Positions 46,996 to 61,581 of a DNA stretch of 64,000 bases are shown piece by piece. The stretch is taken from assembly GCF_009914755.1 (NCBI RefSeq), contig NC_060928.1; one strand, given 5' to 3'. The position numbers and the translations under genes are program-made. Each line of letters starts with the position of its first letter. The first letter of the stretch is position 1. Under the pieces are notes generated by a model. That model searched no databases. It had not been told where the DNA came from and saw only the letters and a program-made list of their open reading frames with translations. The stretch comes from the human T2T-CHM13v2.0 reference genome, Homo sapiens.

Positions 46996-47884
46996 TGTTA
47001 TAGTTATTTTTGTTTGGTTCATCATTTAATCTTTCTACTTAAGAATAATTTATGCATCACAGTATTATAATATGCTGTGTTTTTTTTTCTGTGTACTTAA
47101 TATTAGCAGTGAGGTTTGTACTTTCAGATGATTTATTATTCCTCATTAATGTCCTTTTCTTTCTGATTGAAATATTCCCTTTAGCATTTTACGTAGGACA
47201 GGTCTGGTGTTAAGTTTTTCAGCTTTTGTTTGTATGGAAAAGTCTTCATTTCTCCTTTAGGTTTGAAGGATATTTTTACTGAATATATTATTCTAGGGTA
47301 ACTGTTTTTGTTTGTTTGTTTGTTTTTCCTTCAGCATTTTAAATATGTGGTACCACTCTCTCCCGGCCTGTAAGGTTTCCACTGAAAACTCTGCTGCCAG
47401 ATGTATTAGAGCTCCATTGTATGGCATTTTTTTTTTCTTTTGTGCTTTAAGGATTCTTTCTTTATCCTTAGCCTTTGGGGGTTTGATTATTAAATGCCTT
47501 GACATAGTATTCTTTGGATTAAATCTGCTTGGTGTTCTATAACCTTCTTGTGCATGGATATTGATGTATTTCTCTAGGTTTGGCAAGTTCTCTGTTATTA
47601 CCCTGTTGAATAAATGTTCTACCTTTATCTCTTTCTCTACCTTCTCTTTAAGGCCAACGATTCTAAAATTTGCCCTTTTGAGGCTATTTTTTTTAAGAGC
47701 TTGTAGACATGTTTCTTTCCTCCTAATTCTTTTTTTCTTTTGTCTCCTCTGTGTATTTTCAAATAGTCTCTCTTCAAGCCCACTAAGTCTTTCTTCTGCT
47801 TGATCAATTCTGCTATTAAAAGACTGATGCATTCTTCAATATGTCATTTGCATTTTCCAATTCCAGAATTTCTGCTTGATTCTA

Positions 47885-48194
<310 letters not shown>

Positions 48195-48226
48195 TTGGTT
48201 GATTGTTTTTAATCTTTTATTTTCAC

Positions 48227-48513
48227 TTTTTGAGACAAGGTCTCATTCTGTTGCCCAGGCTGGAGCACAGTGGCATGATCTTGGCTAACTGCAACCTCTG
48301 CCTCCTGGGTTCAAGCCATTCTCCCACCTCAGCCTCCTGAATAGCTGTGACTACAGGTGTGCACCACCATGGCTGGCTAATTTTTGTATTTTTTGGTAGA
48401 GATGTGTTTCACCATGTTGGCCAGGCTGGTTTTTATTTCTTGACCTCAAGTGATCTGCCTGCTTTGACCTCCCAAAGTCCTGGGATTACAGGCATTAGCC
48501 ACCGTGTCTGGCC
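48227..48513 (-). mobile_element. Alu (AluS-like)
   Basis: gagacaaggtctcattctgttgcccaggctgg...agccaccgtgtctggcc. Confidence 0.9.
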
Positions 48514-51500
48514 TCTTATTTTTCACCCTGTCTTATGGTACTGAAGCTAGATTCTTTTTAATTATTTCAATCTCTTTGTTACATTTATCTGAGAGAATTT
48601 GGAATTCCTCCTCTTTATTATCTTGAATTTCTTTGAGTTTCCTCAAAACAACTATTTTAAATTATTTGTTTGAATGATCACATATCTCTCTTTCTCCAGG
48701 ATTGTTCCCTGGTGCCTTATTTAGTTTGTTTGGTGAAGTCGTGTTTTCCTGGATGGTGTTGATGCTTGCAGATGTTCATCTGCGTCTGACCATTGAAGAG
48801 TTAGGTATTTATTATAATCTTTGCAGTCTAGGCTTCTTTGTACCCATCCTTCTTGGGAACACTTTCCAGGTATTTGGAAGGACTCGGGTATTGTGATCTA
48901 AGTCTTATATTCATTAGGGGGCACTATAAGCCCAGTGATGCTGTGGTTCTTATTGACTTTTAGAGGTACCACTTTGTGGTTTTGGAATAGATCTAGAAGA
49001 ATTCTCTGGATTACCAGGCAGAGACTCTTGCTCTCTTCCCTTACTTTCTCCCAAACAAATGGAGTCTCTCTCTCTATGCTGAGACACTTGGAGCTTGAGG
49101 TGGGGTGACACAAACACCCCTTTGGCCACCACTGCTGGGACTGCACTGGTTAGACCTTAAGGGAGCACGGTACTGGGTTTTGCCTTAGGCTCACTGTAAC
49201 TACCACCTTGCTATAGCTTTTGTTCACTGAAGGCCCTGGGGCTGTACAATCCACAGGTGGTGAAGCCAAACAACCTTATCTTTTTCCCTTTAGAGTGGTG
49301 AGCTCTCTAGGCCCCAGGTGGGTCCAGAAATGCCATCTAGAAGCCAAGGAGTAGAGTAAAAAAACCTTTAAAATCTACCTGGTGTTATATTGTACTGCTG
49401 CCGAGCTGAGCTGGCTTTCAAACCATGTAACACAGTCCTTCTCACTATTCCCTTCCCTTTTCATAGGCAAGGGAGCCTCACCCTATGGCCACCACCACCA
49501 CAGGCTCATGGAGAGTCCTGTCACGATTCCACCAATGTTCACTTAAAGCCCAGGGGTTCTTCAGTCAGCTTGTGGTGAATGTTGTCAAGCCTGGGACTCA
49601 CTCTTCCAGGCTCCCCTCTGGCCCAGGGCAGGTCCAGAAATGCTGTCCAAGAGCAAAGGCTTGTAATTAGGAACCTTAAGAGCCTGCCTGGTTTTCTACT
49701 CTATTGTGGCCAAACTGGTACCTAAGGTACAAGATGAAGTCCTCTTTACTTTTTCCTCTGCTTTTCTCAAGCAAATGGGGCATCTCTCCACAGCCACCAC
49801 AGCTGGGAGTGTGCTGTGCCTCTCCTGAAACCAGCAAGTTTCCGTCTCACCCAAGGCTAATGGCATACTACCTGTGTAATATTGCTGGTTATTCAGGGCC
49901 CAAGGCCTCTTTAGTCAGCAGGTGATGAGTCCTGCCATGACTGGGTCCTTCTCTTTAAGGCAGCATGTTAACTTCGGTCCCAGGGTGTGTCTAGAAATGT
50001 TTCCGGGAGCCAAGGCATGGAATGGGGCTTCGTAACTCTGACCAGTGCCCTATTCTTTTGTAGATGAACTGGTATCCAAGATGTAAGGCAAAGTCCACTT
50101 TACCATTCCCTTTCCTCACCTGGAAGGAAGGGGTCTCTTTTGGAGCTGTGAGCTGTGCAGCCTGGGGTTGGGGGAGGGCAAACACTCTAAACACTCTCTT
50201 AGCTGTCCTGGCTGGTGTCTCGGTAGTCCTTGGGCCTCCCAGTACACTGGTTTTGAGCCCAGCTCAGCACTAGGACTCACCTAGGAATCACAGTCTTTGT
50301 GGCCTAGACTGCCTTTCAAGTTTATGTGGGGCCCCAGAGCACTTCAGCCCCAAGTGGCAAGGCTTGCTGAAACTCAAGTTCCAACTGCTAAGATGGGCAA
50401 TTTCCCTGTACCTAGCTGGTCCAAATGCTCTCTCCATGGGCAAGCATTAGCTAAGTACAGCAAGGTTCTGCTTTCCACTGTGATAGTGGAGCATTGAGTT
50501 CAATGCAGTCTCACAATCATTACACTCTCCCTTCCCAGCATACAGATTCTGTGTGCCATGCAGCCGCTGCTAGGAAGGTAGGAAAGGAGTGGCAATGGCA
50601 ATTCAAGACTGTTTTATTCTGCCCTTTTCAGTACCTATTTCAGTAATATGAGGTTAACTAGAGGAACTGTGATTGCTCACCTGATTTTTGGTTGTTATAA
50701 AGTACATACTTTTTTTGTGTAGATGGTTGTTAAATTTGGTGTTCCTGTAAGGGGTAGGGGGAATAGGTCCTCTGCCCCCACCCAGAGAATAACCTACCTT
50801 ATCTTTCTTGGCAGATAGTTCTCATTAAAAATACCTTGTCCTGAACATTTTGTGTTTATTTTAGTAACTGTCAACTATATGACAATGAACAAATGTATAG
50901 AAAAGTGAACAATAGAGAATGACAAATCTATTTGGCCATTGTATAGTGTGTGGGAATTTACACTTACTAAAAGGTTTTCTGCTCGAAAGAGCTATGCCCA
51001 GGGTTATTGGATCCAAAGTTTAACATTATGCACTCTGTTGATACAAACATTTTACTGAACTTTCAGAGGCAAAATTTGGGGTGCCTTAGTGAGAGTGAAG
51101 AGGAGGTTTCATGCAAAGCATGTGCCTACTTTTCTAAGTGTTGCCCAGCTGCTAATATCTGATCTAGTGTCTGACCTGTTTTCTCCTTCCATGACTTGCA
51201 GATGATTTTTTCCTTTATAAGTCTGTTAAAAGCAAAAATAATAATCCTAGGATAAACAAAGTTATAGCATGGTAGCAAATTATCTCTAATTTACTTAGCC
51301 TAACAAAATTTCTTTTTCACTTATGCCACCTGTCTAATGTAGATTGGTAGGAGGTCTGCTGTCATAGTCACTAAGGGACTCAGGGCAATGAAGACCTTAT
51401 CTCAACACCTGCCATATGCTCGCTGTGTCAGAGGGAGAGGATGATACTAAATCATGCATTATCTCTTAAGCTTCTATTCAGCAGTAAGCACATCATTTCT

Positions 51501-52410
51501 ACTCATATACCATTAATGACAGCAAGTTATATTGTCATACTTCACTTCAAAGGAGATGTGAACATGCAGCCCTACCATTTACCTTGAAAAAGAGGAGCTG
51601 GAAATATTTGATATAATTAACTTTAACGGCCACTACCTCAATCATCCACCAAGAAGAAAAGATTTCTTATTTTTAAACATAAAGAAATGTTACCACAAGA
51701 TTTCTGTACTCATTGGTTGTTAGATAATGTCTCTACTGATTTTTTGGTTAGTACTTCAGGTTTCTTACAATATCTGTCATCTTTCATGACAGCATCATTA
51801 TTCTATATCTGGCTCTAGTCTCCAGAGAGCATCAGGAAATACTATTGTGATAAGGTTACATATATAGATATAGTTCCTGAATCCAGAAACTCTAGCCACA
51901 TTCTTTAGCGTAATTTAGTTTTCCAGTTTCTGTGTAAATGGGGGACATCTATTCAAATATTTTAAGCATATGCTAGGCCTTTTGTCATGAGATATAATTT
52001 CTTTTTCAATTGTTTTGTCATTTGACTGGACTTCAATGGCTGCTGCAGTTTTATCCTTATTGGCATCCCAAGAAGAGTGGAAGATAGATAAGCTGCGGGA
52101 ATTGAGATTTGTATGTTATCTAAGAAACTGGGGTGGGAGGGAGATATAAAAACATGAACCATTTCTCTGTTCTTTATCTATCACTTCCCCATTAGCTCTT
52201 TTACGTTGAGAACCAGGGTCATTTTTCTAGTGACAGGCCTACTTTGTAGACATTACATCCTAAACTTTCATTAAGGGCAATATTATAATAGGATAAACTA
52301 GGCTATGCTGTGCTAACAAGTAAACTCCAAAGTTCTAGTGATTTAATTCAATAAGGATTTATTTCTTTCTCATATCACAGTCTAAGTTGAATGGTTCCCT
52401 TAGGCCACTC

Positions 52411-53088
52411 TTAAGGAGTCTGACTAAAACTCCTGGCTAAAATCAACATGTGATTTTTCTTTTTTTTTTTTTTTGTGACAAACAATAGGCAGTCACAAAG
52501 CTGCCCTCCCCACACCAGTCTTGGTGTGGCAAATGCAATCTTTGAAGGAGGTTGCAGTTGAGGACTCAGGCTCCCTGGCTGACTTTGCTCTTATACATAT
52601 CACCATTCCTAGATGAGATGCCTCCATTTGGAGGCTTCTTTATAGGAGGCCTTCAGCTGAGGCCTTCCTCAGGTGCCTCTGCTGAGACCTCCTTATTAAA
52701 GAGCTGAAGAATCAAACTTGAAGAAACATTTCTCCACCCTAACTCAATATTTAGGACTTTTCCACTCCCAGACCTTTCCCCTTTCCTTTCCCCTTGCTCC
52801 AGCGTCCATAAAATCCCAAGAGCCTTTTTTTGGAAGCTCCTTTAGGAGTGAGCCAGATACCGTGTCTATGCTAGTCCTGCTAATTCTTGACTGGTGCTGG
52901 TCCATGGGAAAAAAATTGATCAGGAGGAGTCACCATTTTCTTCAGGTTAACCTCTTGCTTATCCTGTCCCTGTAAGTGATTAAAGGTTTCACTGTTACTT
53001 TCATTTTTGCTTCTTGCTTCATTTTTGCTTCTTGGCTACTCTGATACCTGGCAGCTTAGCTCTGTCTAGGTCAGCTCAGCTCCTTATA
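52411..53088 (+). mobile_element. Putative ERV solo LTR inserted in an older MLT1-like LTR (~52290-53370)
   Basis: inverted termini ttaaggag...ctccttata, 4-bp flanks actc/attc, cataaaa at ~52807 and ATTAAA at ~52979. Confidence 0.5.
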
Positions 53089-54024
53089 ATTCTACAAGGA
53101 GTAACTCAGGAATCCAAGATGTTTCCATCTTGAAGCTACACTATCTGGAGCATTTGTGTCCAGTGTCACTGGGAAACAGAAGGAGAGAGAGTAGGGAACT
53201 GTGCAAATAAATTAATGGCCAAGCCTAGATGTGGTGCATAGCACATTCATTCATATTTCACTGGTCAGAACTCAGTTACATGTTTCCAAGCCAGTGTCAA
53301 GGCAGATTGGAAAAGTAGTTTTCTTGTGTATATAGGAAGAGAAAAGAGATTTTTTGTGAACATTCAGCCAATTTCTGTCTGTGATGTCAGCTTTTGTTGG
53401 GTATGTATGTGTGTTGTGGGGGGTAAGTTTTGCACAAGTTTTGCAGACTAGTAGGAGATATAATTACAGATGAAAGGCAGGTCTGATGCCCAGGCATTAT
53501 ACTGAGCATGAGGAATCTCTAATAGAGAGGTGAAATAAAGACTGAAGATTTAGTGACATTGAATGACACATCTTAGGGGACAATGGCATTACCTTTCCTA
53601 GTCTAGAAAAAACTTCTGGGTGTTCTTGAGAACTCTTCTCCACCCACCAATACTTCTAAATTTAATTCCTCTGCACCAGCTGCACAATCCTGCATTTACA
53701 ATTCAGCTTAGACTATTCAACTTTCTACCTACCATTCCCCTCTGTAAAAACGAAAGGTTTAAATCAATGATTTTCTTCCCCTACTAGCCTGGAAGGTGCA
53801 GTTGGTCATTTCATGGGCACTCAAGGAATGTCTGACCTACCTCACAGTGATCTGTTCATAGTAAACATTTAATGCAGGTAAATATAGTCCTAACTCATCT
53901 TCATCGTCATGAAATTCTAGAAGTTTCACGTCAACAAAACAATGACTCACAGGTTTTTAAGAAACAGTGTCAGCATATGTTCTTGAATTCCAAGTTATAC
54001 AACTTTGTGTTTGTCAAATTACAG

Positions 54025-54156
54025 GTACAGTTATGAAACCTCTAGAAGTCATCCATTCTTGTATAGACTTACTCTCCTGGCATGTCTACTTGCTATGAAA
54101 CAGCTGTTTAGTCATGTTGCCAAGAAGAAAAGAAGACAGAATGCCTCTAGATAAAG
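54025..54156 (+). pseudogene. Pseudo-exon 5: YSYETSRSHPFLYRLTLL(fs)MSTCYETAV*SCCQEEKKTECL*IK, 132 nt
   Basis: tacag acceptor; aligns to AFM exon 5; 1-nt deletion ~54080, TAG at 54109 and 54148, donor position reads AAATGC. Confidence 0.9.
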
Positions 54157-54169
54157 AAATGCTATTCCT

Positions 54170-54345
54170 ATGTCAACTTGCTATGCAAAGTGTGGACTGT
54201 GGACCAGCAGCATGTATGTCGCCTGGCAGCTTGTTGCAAATGCAGAATCTGAAGCTCTCATCTAGACCTACTAAACAGACTTCACTTTAACAATATAACC
54301 GGGCAAGTCATATAGTCATTAAAATTTGAGAAGTATGATCTAGCA
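54170..54345. mobile_element. MER5-type hAT-Charlie DNA transposon
   Basis: caaagtgtggactgtggaccagcagcat...cttgttgcaaatgcagaatct...aaatttgagaag. Confidence 0.75.
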
Positions 54346-54374
54346 TAGATATTACTTCATAATAAATGTTTAAT

Positions 54375-54922
54375 GTTTCAGTTACTATTGCTGCATAGCA
54401 AAACACCCCAAAATTAATGACTTAAAATGACAACTACCACTTTATTGTGAGGAATTCAGGAAAGGCTCATTTGGGTGTTTGGCTTATGATCTTTCATATG
54501 GGTGCAGTCAGACAATGTCTGGATCTGGGACTCTGGGGGACTGAAGCACCTGGTCACTGGTCTGACATCTTTTTTTCTTCTTATACAATCTCAGGGCCTC
54601 TCTATGTAATCTTGCTGCTAGGCTAGTTTGGGCTTCCCAAAGCCTGGTAGCCTGAGGTCAGTTGGACTGCTTACACATGGCCGATGGCTTCAAAAAGGAG
54701 TACTCTAGTGGAGAGAGCACAAGTTGCTTGGCTTTTCTGATCTAGCCTTAGAAGTCACTTCTGCCATGCTCTATTTGTTGAAACACTGTAAAACATCATC
54801 AGTTTGAAGGAGACAGTATATACACCTTACCTCTTCATGGGAGGATTGTCAAAGTCTCTCTGTAAGAAGAGCATAGTATAGGAGATATTGTTGTAGCCAC
54901 CTTTGCAAAATACAATTGACAC
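54375..54922 (-). mobile_element. MLT1-type LTR
   Basis: tcagttactattgctgcatagcaaaacaccccaaaattaatgacttaaaa...ggagatattgttgtagccacctttgcaaaatacaat. Confidence 0.7.
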
Positions 54923-56100
54923 ACTTAATATTTATAACTATTGCCTTTACTCCTTTATTGTGTAGATGTAAATCAGTGATTAATTCCAGGTTAAAGGTAC
55001 TTTTTGGCATGCTCAATAGCCGTCTTTACTTTACAGGAGGAGGTAGAGTACCAGATGGCTTTTCCAAAAGGCATGCTGAAAATTATTAGTAGTTTGATAA
55101 AGATTCTGATGAATTCCTCAAGGCTAAATGCAGTGCTGAATTTTCCTTTGTCATCTTCTTTGATCTTCTCAGTGAGAAATTATCTCATCTTCTTCCAAAG
55201 CCCATTAGAATGTTGCCTATTTTAAAAGTTGAGTTCTTCATATCATAAATTAAATATTATGTCTAAAGAGTTTCTGGCATATGCTACATACTCAATGATT
55301 GCAGGTATTTTCATTAAACCTATTTATATATATTTCTTACCTCCTTCTCCTTTCTTTTCCTGGTGAACTGCAATTCCTTTAGAAGCCAATTCTGAATTTC
55401 TAGGCAGAACAGTCATAGTTTTCTTTCGGTTTCAAACTAATTTAAACCCCAAAAACCAGTATTCATGCACAGACTTATTATATTCCATTACCTAGCATTT
55501 CTAAAGAATGACTTTTTTTTTTTTTTTTTTTTTTTTACAGAGGTGAGCTTTTTAGATAACTTACACTATTTTAAGTTACAAGGTTTTCATAATCTTAATT
55601 TTTTTCAGTGGAAATTTTTTGCTAAATGTGTAATATGCACCTATAATGCTAAGCATAAGCAGATGCTCATAAGCTAGGGATTCCTTTTTCTTCCTCATTT
55701 TGTGATGTTTATAGCCTTGCTGCTGCCAGGGTGTCTGTACCTAGTGGCGTTTGCTCCTTTCTCAGAGAAAATTACATAATAGATTGCATAAACATTCTAT
55801 CTATGATCAGATAATGTGATCTATGAGGGAAAGCCTCAGAGAATCTCTTATGAAGAAGTGAATACATTTGCTTGTTTTTGATTTTGAATGAGTATGATAC
55901 AACAAAATAATAATAAATTATAAAATATAATTAAATTTTATTTAATAATATTCATTAAATAAAAATATTATTATCATGCCAGTTTTATGGTTTGAATATC
56001 ACCTTTGCATGCATTTTCTAACTTGTTTTTGAAAACCTCACTGTAAGGTACAGTTACTCATAGTAAAAACAATATGTGATCAATATAATGTTTTTAATAA

Positions 56101-56445
<345 letters not shown>

Positions 56446-57249
56446 CTGAAATTTTAAAATATGACTTATATCCTTACCACAAAGAGATACCAATTTTGGT
56501 ATATTTTCTTGTCTTATTTTTTTCTAGTCACAGATTTTATTTTATACATGATATGATCACACTGAATATACAATTTTGATTAGAGATTTAGACATACCTA
56601 CTTTGTACTAGAAGTATATATCTTCTCAAGAATAATGAACATTATTTATTTAACTGTCACCCTTCTGTTGAACCATTTTATTTATTTCCAAAATTTTGCA
56701 ACCCTAACAAAACATGCCTGTACTTCTTTTTCCATAATTATGTTTTTATTTATTTAGAAACATTTCTTGGTAAGAGAGTTGGCAGTAATCCTAAGTTAAA
56801 GATATGAATATTTGAGGGGATGAGGGAGTTCACTAATATATATTACAAAACTGGAACATACACTTAAGATTAGGAGTATGAGTATGAGTATGAGATATGT
56901 TCCAAATAACACGGTTAGTAACTTGGATGAAAGCAAAATACAACTCTAAGACATTATTGAAATTTGTTCTGGTGGCTCTCTGAACTTTTGATTGCTTACT
57001 TTCTTGTGCTCACTTATGTTCTAAATGCTTGAGATTCCGGAACAAGTGATCTTTGGGAAAGAAAGATTTTATAAAACACACCATGCTATACTTCTGCATT
57101 TTGGCCTCTTTTAAACAACTCAGTAGAAGACTTTTTAATTTCGAAGAGAAACACAATTTTTATCTTTGTTTCCTTCTTTATTAATAATGAGATTAACTTT
57201 TTCTGTTACTGCAAGACTTCTTTAATAAACTGTTTTTTTCTAATCACAG

Positions 57250-57443
57250 CTAGAATGCAACAAAAATATATTAGAGAATTATCTTTGAGATATCATAATT
57301 TATGTGAAATTATTTTGAAAAGTGCTTGTTCATATCTTTTGCCCACTTTTTGATGGGGTTGTTTGTTTGTTTTTTCTTATATATTTGTTTAAGTTTCTTA
57401 CAGATGCTGTAATTAAATTTACTTATGAAGTAGAAAAAGCAGT
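57250..57443 (+). pseudogene. Pseudo-exon 6 split by an L1 fragment: LE..(fs)KYIRELSLRYHNLCEI [57312-57408] VIKFTYEVEKAV
   Basis: cacag acceptor, GTAAGT donor; halves total 97 nt versus 98 for AFM exon 6; aligns to QYLKAFSSYQKHVCGALLKFGTKVVHFI. Confidence 0.8.
57312..57408 (-). mobile_element. 97-bp internal L1 ORF2 fragment without poly(A) or TSD
   Basis: ttttgaaaagtgcttgttcatatcttttgcccactttttgatggggttgtttgttt...; homologous to the L1 segment at ~38535-38630 in this window. Confidence 0.85.
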
Positions 57444-59498
57444 GTAAGTTATATCTAGATTTGTAGACTTTGTTGCTGTTGTTAATCACCCCTTTTGATT
57501 AAACCTGTTTGAAAAATCATTTATCTCTCATTTTACAAAGTCTGTTAATGGAAACCTGGCTCCTTTCTCTCCACTTATGTTACTTGCCTGTTCTAATAGG
57601 GCACATAGTGCCGTAGATGTAGATGAAAAGGCATAATCCTCAACTGCCCTTGTCATCTCCTACTTCAACTTATTCCATCCATTCAAATCCTTTAGTCTCT
57701 TTCTCAGAGAACAAAAGATTTTGGATGTTCAGATTCAGGCACTTACTGAATTTTTCTGCATTGTAAAGGCTGGAGGAGAAAAGGTATTTTTTTCTCTTGG
57801 AAGCTAGGAACAATTTTGCTCCAACATCACGTGAAACTGAAAAAGTGGGGCTGGGGGTGGAAGAGATTGTTGCCCAGTGTGCTTCTTCCCTGGCCCAGAC
57901 TGTGTTTCTATACAAGTGGACCTCTGAGGACATACATTTACCTAACATCACTTTCTCCAACTTAGGACAACACTGGGCTTCCTGGAAGCTCAGTTCTCCT
58001 TACAGGGCAGGCCCAGACTCCCTATTTCCAGAGAAATTTCAGGGATGTTGCTCAATTGTCAACAGAAGCAAGGGAAACCCAAGCATCTTATACTTTTTGT
58101 CTTTATGATAATAGATTTAGCTAGGAAAGTGAGGATGGATAAATTTTGAAGGCTGGTCAACCTTATATTTCATTGCTTATCTAAGCAACTTCTTTTGTTT
58201 TTAAATTTAACTTTCATTTTAAGTTCAGGGATACATGTGCATCTAGTTACTTAATTGCTGCACACACTCAGCCTTATCAGCCTTAACCTGATGCCATAAT
58301 GTAGCTTCAACGTATCACTCTTAGATTTAGATCTTCATCCAATTCTTCTTTCCTGAACCCTTAGTTTATATCCATGACTGCTTAGAGATGTGTAGATGCT
58401 ACACGGAAGTCTTAAATATCCTTGAGCTCTATATTCACACAGCAAACTATTTGGATTTGCTTTTTAGCCACGCTCCTCAAACCTGTTCTTTTTTCCTGAA
58501 TATCAATTTTAATAAATTGTGCTACCATCAACCCAGTCTCCTATATTATTCTAGATTATTTTTCTTCACTCTACTTTGTTTCTAAACTAATTGTTGTTTA
58601 TTAAAATTATCAGTTCTACCTTTCAGAAGTGCTTAAGTCTATCTGGACATTGATTTGGTTCAAACCTCACCATTTTAAAGGTAATTTTTCTCAATAGCCT
58701 CTAAATACCTTGTATGTCATTTCCCAAATGTCATGTTTTTATACCTCTAAGACTCTTTATATATAAAGATGAATAGTTCTAAATGCTCTTCTTTTTCTTC
58801 AGCTGTTTCAAGCTAACTTCTATTTGTCCTTTAAGATTCAAATTGTTCAAGATCTTCATGGTGACCTCCATCCAGTCTGGAGCCAGTCCCTCTTCTTTCT
58901 TCTAAACCATTATATGTGTACTTTTCTTACAACTTCTATTTATAATGTATTATAATTGGTATTGTTTGTTTCACTCTTGGTATTGTTTAATTGTTTCACT
59001 CTCCAAGTGTGAGTTTCTAAATGTAGAGACTAGCTTATTCACACCCATACACAATTATTTGTGTATATATGTTTATTAGTACATACGGAAGTGTAGTAGT
59101 AATAATATACAACGTGTATAGTAAATTAACAAATAGTGATGTGGTTCAGAGATGAAATACTTCCCAAACTGTGATCTTAAAATAAGAACAACAATAGAAA
59201 AACAATAAAACTCTCCATTTGTACTTTGTTGGGCTAAACACGGGAACAATAATACAGTCTGTCTCCTCTTATGTTCTTTAAGAGATGTTTGAAAATCTTG
59301 TGACACTTGAGTATGGTCAAGCAGAGAAGCTTTCTTTGTTAGAGTGAGTCACTATAAATGATCTCTTTGTTCTCTCAGTTTGCCAGGGATAAAGCAATAT
59401 AAGTTACCAACTTTTTCTCTGTTTTTCTGTTAAGAACAATAAAAAATAATCTCAGAATGAAATCTTCAAAAATAACTTCTCCTTTTTATGTTTTATAG

Positions 59499-59709
59499 AG
59501 CCAGCTTATAAACTACCCCTGCTCTAAACAGGCTATCCTATCCAGCAAGGTCACTCAATCCTGTGAACAGCCAGTGCCATTCCAAGGGGAAGGCATATTA
59601 ACTCAGAAAATGCTGACACACCTGACCTTTCATCCCTGCCACTCAGCAGTTCTACAGAAGACCAATTTGTATGCAAACAATTCACTTACAAGCCAGAATT
59701 CCTACAAGC
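59499..59709 (+). pseudogene. Pseudo-exon 8: SQLINYPCSKQAILSSKVTQSCEQPVPFQGEGI(fs)NSENADTPDLSSLPLSSSTEDQFVCKQFTYKPEFLQ, 211 nt
   Basis: ttttatag acceptor; strong match to AFM exon 8; 1-nt deletion ~59598; donor ATAATA versus AFM GTAATA. Confidence 0.92.
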
Positions 59710-60963
59710 ATAATACAGTTTTTCTGTAAACTCTTAGTGATAGAATATGTATTTATGAATTCCTTGGGAAGGGTTGCAAACTCGAATGACCACAAGGGCC
59801 AGCCAGGGATGGAGTGGGAACTGTGGGCAGGAGGAGATGCTTTGTAGAGTCCAGAGGTGGCAGTGACTGTTCAGCACCAGAAACATTGCCATATGGGAAC
59901 TCAGACTTCAGGTAGTTGGGTCTCCTGCATTTTGAGAGAAGCTAGAAATGTCTTGGTATTTAAATGTTCACAACTAACATAGGAATTTAAAAAAAAAAGA
60001 TGAAGTCAAGTGTATGCAGGTTTTGTTTTAAGGGACTTAGAAATAAGCAAGAGCTTTAGATTCATATACTTTGTCAGCTCTTCTGTTTTAATTAACTTAA
60101 TATCTACTGCCAGACCCTTGGTAAAACATTTAAAGATTAGAGAGTTGGGGTATTAACATCTCTGGTGTGCATTCAGAAGTGTATATTAACTAGGCAAACT
60201 GATTTCAATATACACTAATACATTATTGCTGTGGAAATTGTCTGGAAATGGAAATATTTCCAAAGTCCCTTTAGGGAGTGTTATTTAGAGCTAAACAGAA
60301 CAACAGAATCTCAGTTTTCCTCAAAGTTCTTTGTAGAATAATCTTAGTTATATTTCCAAAATTATATTTGATACTGGTTAATAAAGGTAAATGCTGCCAT
60401 CTGAACTCACTTATTATAAATGTCTAAACTTGCATTTGGTAGTAAAATGTTGACAGGCACAACTTCCTAGTGGAAAGCACATTGGACTGTGAGTTGGGAA
60501 ATGTGAGTTCCAGTCCTAGTTTTGAGTGCATAGCTGTGGAATGGAGGTCAAGTCATTTGATTTACCCAGGCTTTTGTGTTACAACTGTAAATTAAGGTGG
60601 TTGGAAGATAACTTCAAAGATCCCTTCTATAATTCTGTTCCTTTGAAAATATTCTAGAGTTCGAATTTCTCTTTCTTGTGACATAGAAGAATGTTTAGAT
60701 TATGTATGGATGGTTCACTTAAAAGTTTATTTGGGACAGGCAGCCAGCACTTTTTTTGAAAAAATGGTCATACTTACTAATATAAAATTTAGTCTTAAAG
60801 ATTATTAGGAAAAGTGTATTCTCACCAAACACTTGAAATTATTTTTAGTAAAAGTAAATAGAGTCTCTGAGCCAGAAACTACCCGTTGTTAATCAGGATG
60901 TTTCGGGCTCAAGTTCTAAATCTGCCACTCATTACTGTGTGACTTTAGAAAGATCATGTAATT

Positions 60964-61346
<383 letters not shown>

Positions 61347-61448
61347 TTAAGGTCAGTTAAAATTTAATAGTCATAATTGGCTTTTGTGGAAAACTTCATG
61401 ACCTCAGACTTTTATTGTTTACCTTTTAATGTGTTTCATATGATACAG

Positions 61449-61581
61449 GTTTCCTTATGAATATTCAAAAAGATATCCAAAGTTGGCAGTTCCAGTGATT
61501 TTAAGAGTGGATATAGTATATAAAAATGGATTGAGAAAGTGCTACAAATTAGAAAACCCTTTGGAATGCTATAGCTGTGGG
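61449..61581 (+). pseudogene. Pseudo-exon 9: [44 protein letters not shown], 133 nt
   Basis: tacag acceptor, exact 133-nt size, open frame (ORF 61483..61689), donor position reads ACAATT. Confidence 0.92.

Noticed and set aside
52021-52110. gacttcaatggctgctgcagt as a possible CC motif of missing pseudo-exon 4
   Set aside because: Flanking translation shows no albumin similarity and no matching splice sites or 212-nt span
58801-58870. aagctaacttc (KANF-like) as possible pseudo-exon 7
   Set aside because: Context looks like L2 repeat; no CC motif or acceptor
60255-60420. CAAAGTCC and GGTTAAT motifs suggesting a liver enhancer
   Set aside because: Partial motifs expected by chance in AT-rich DNA; unsupported without chromatin data
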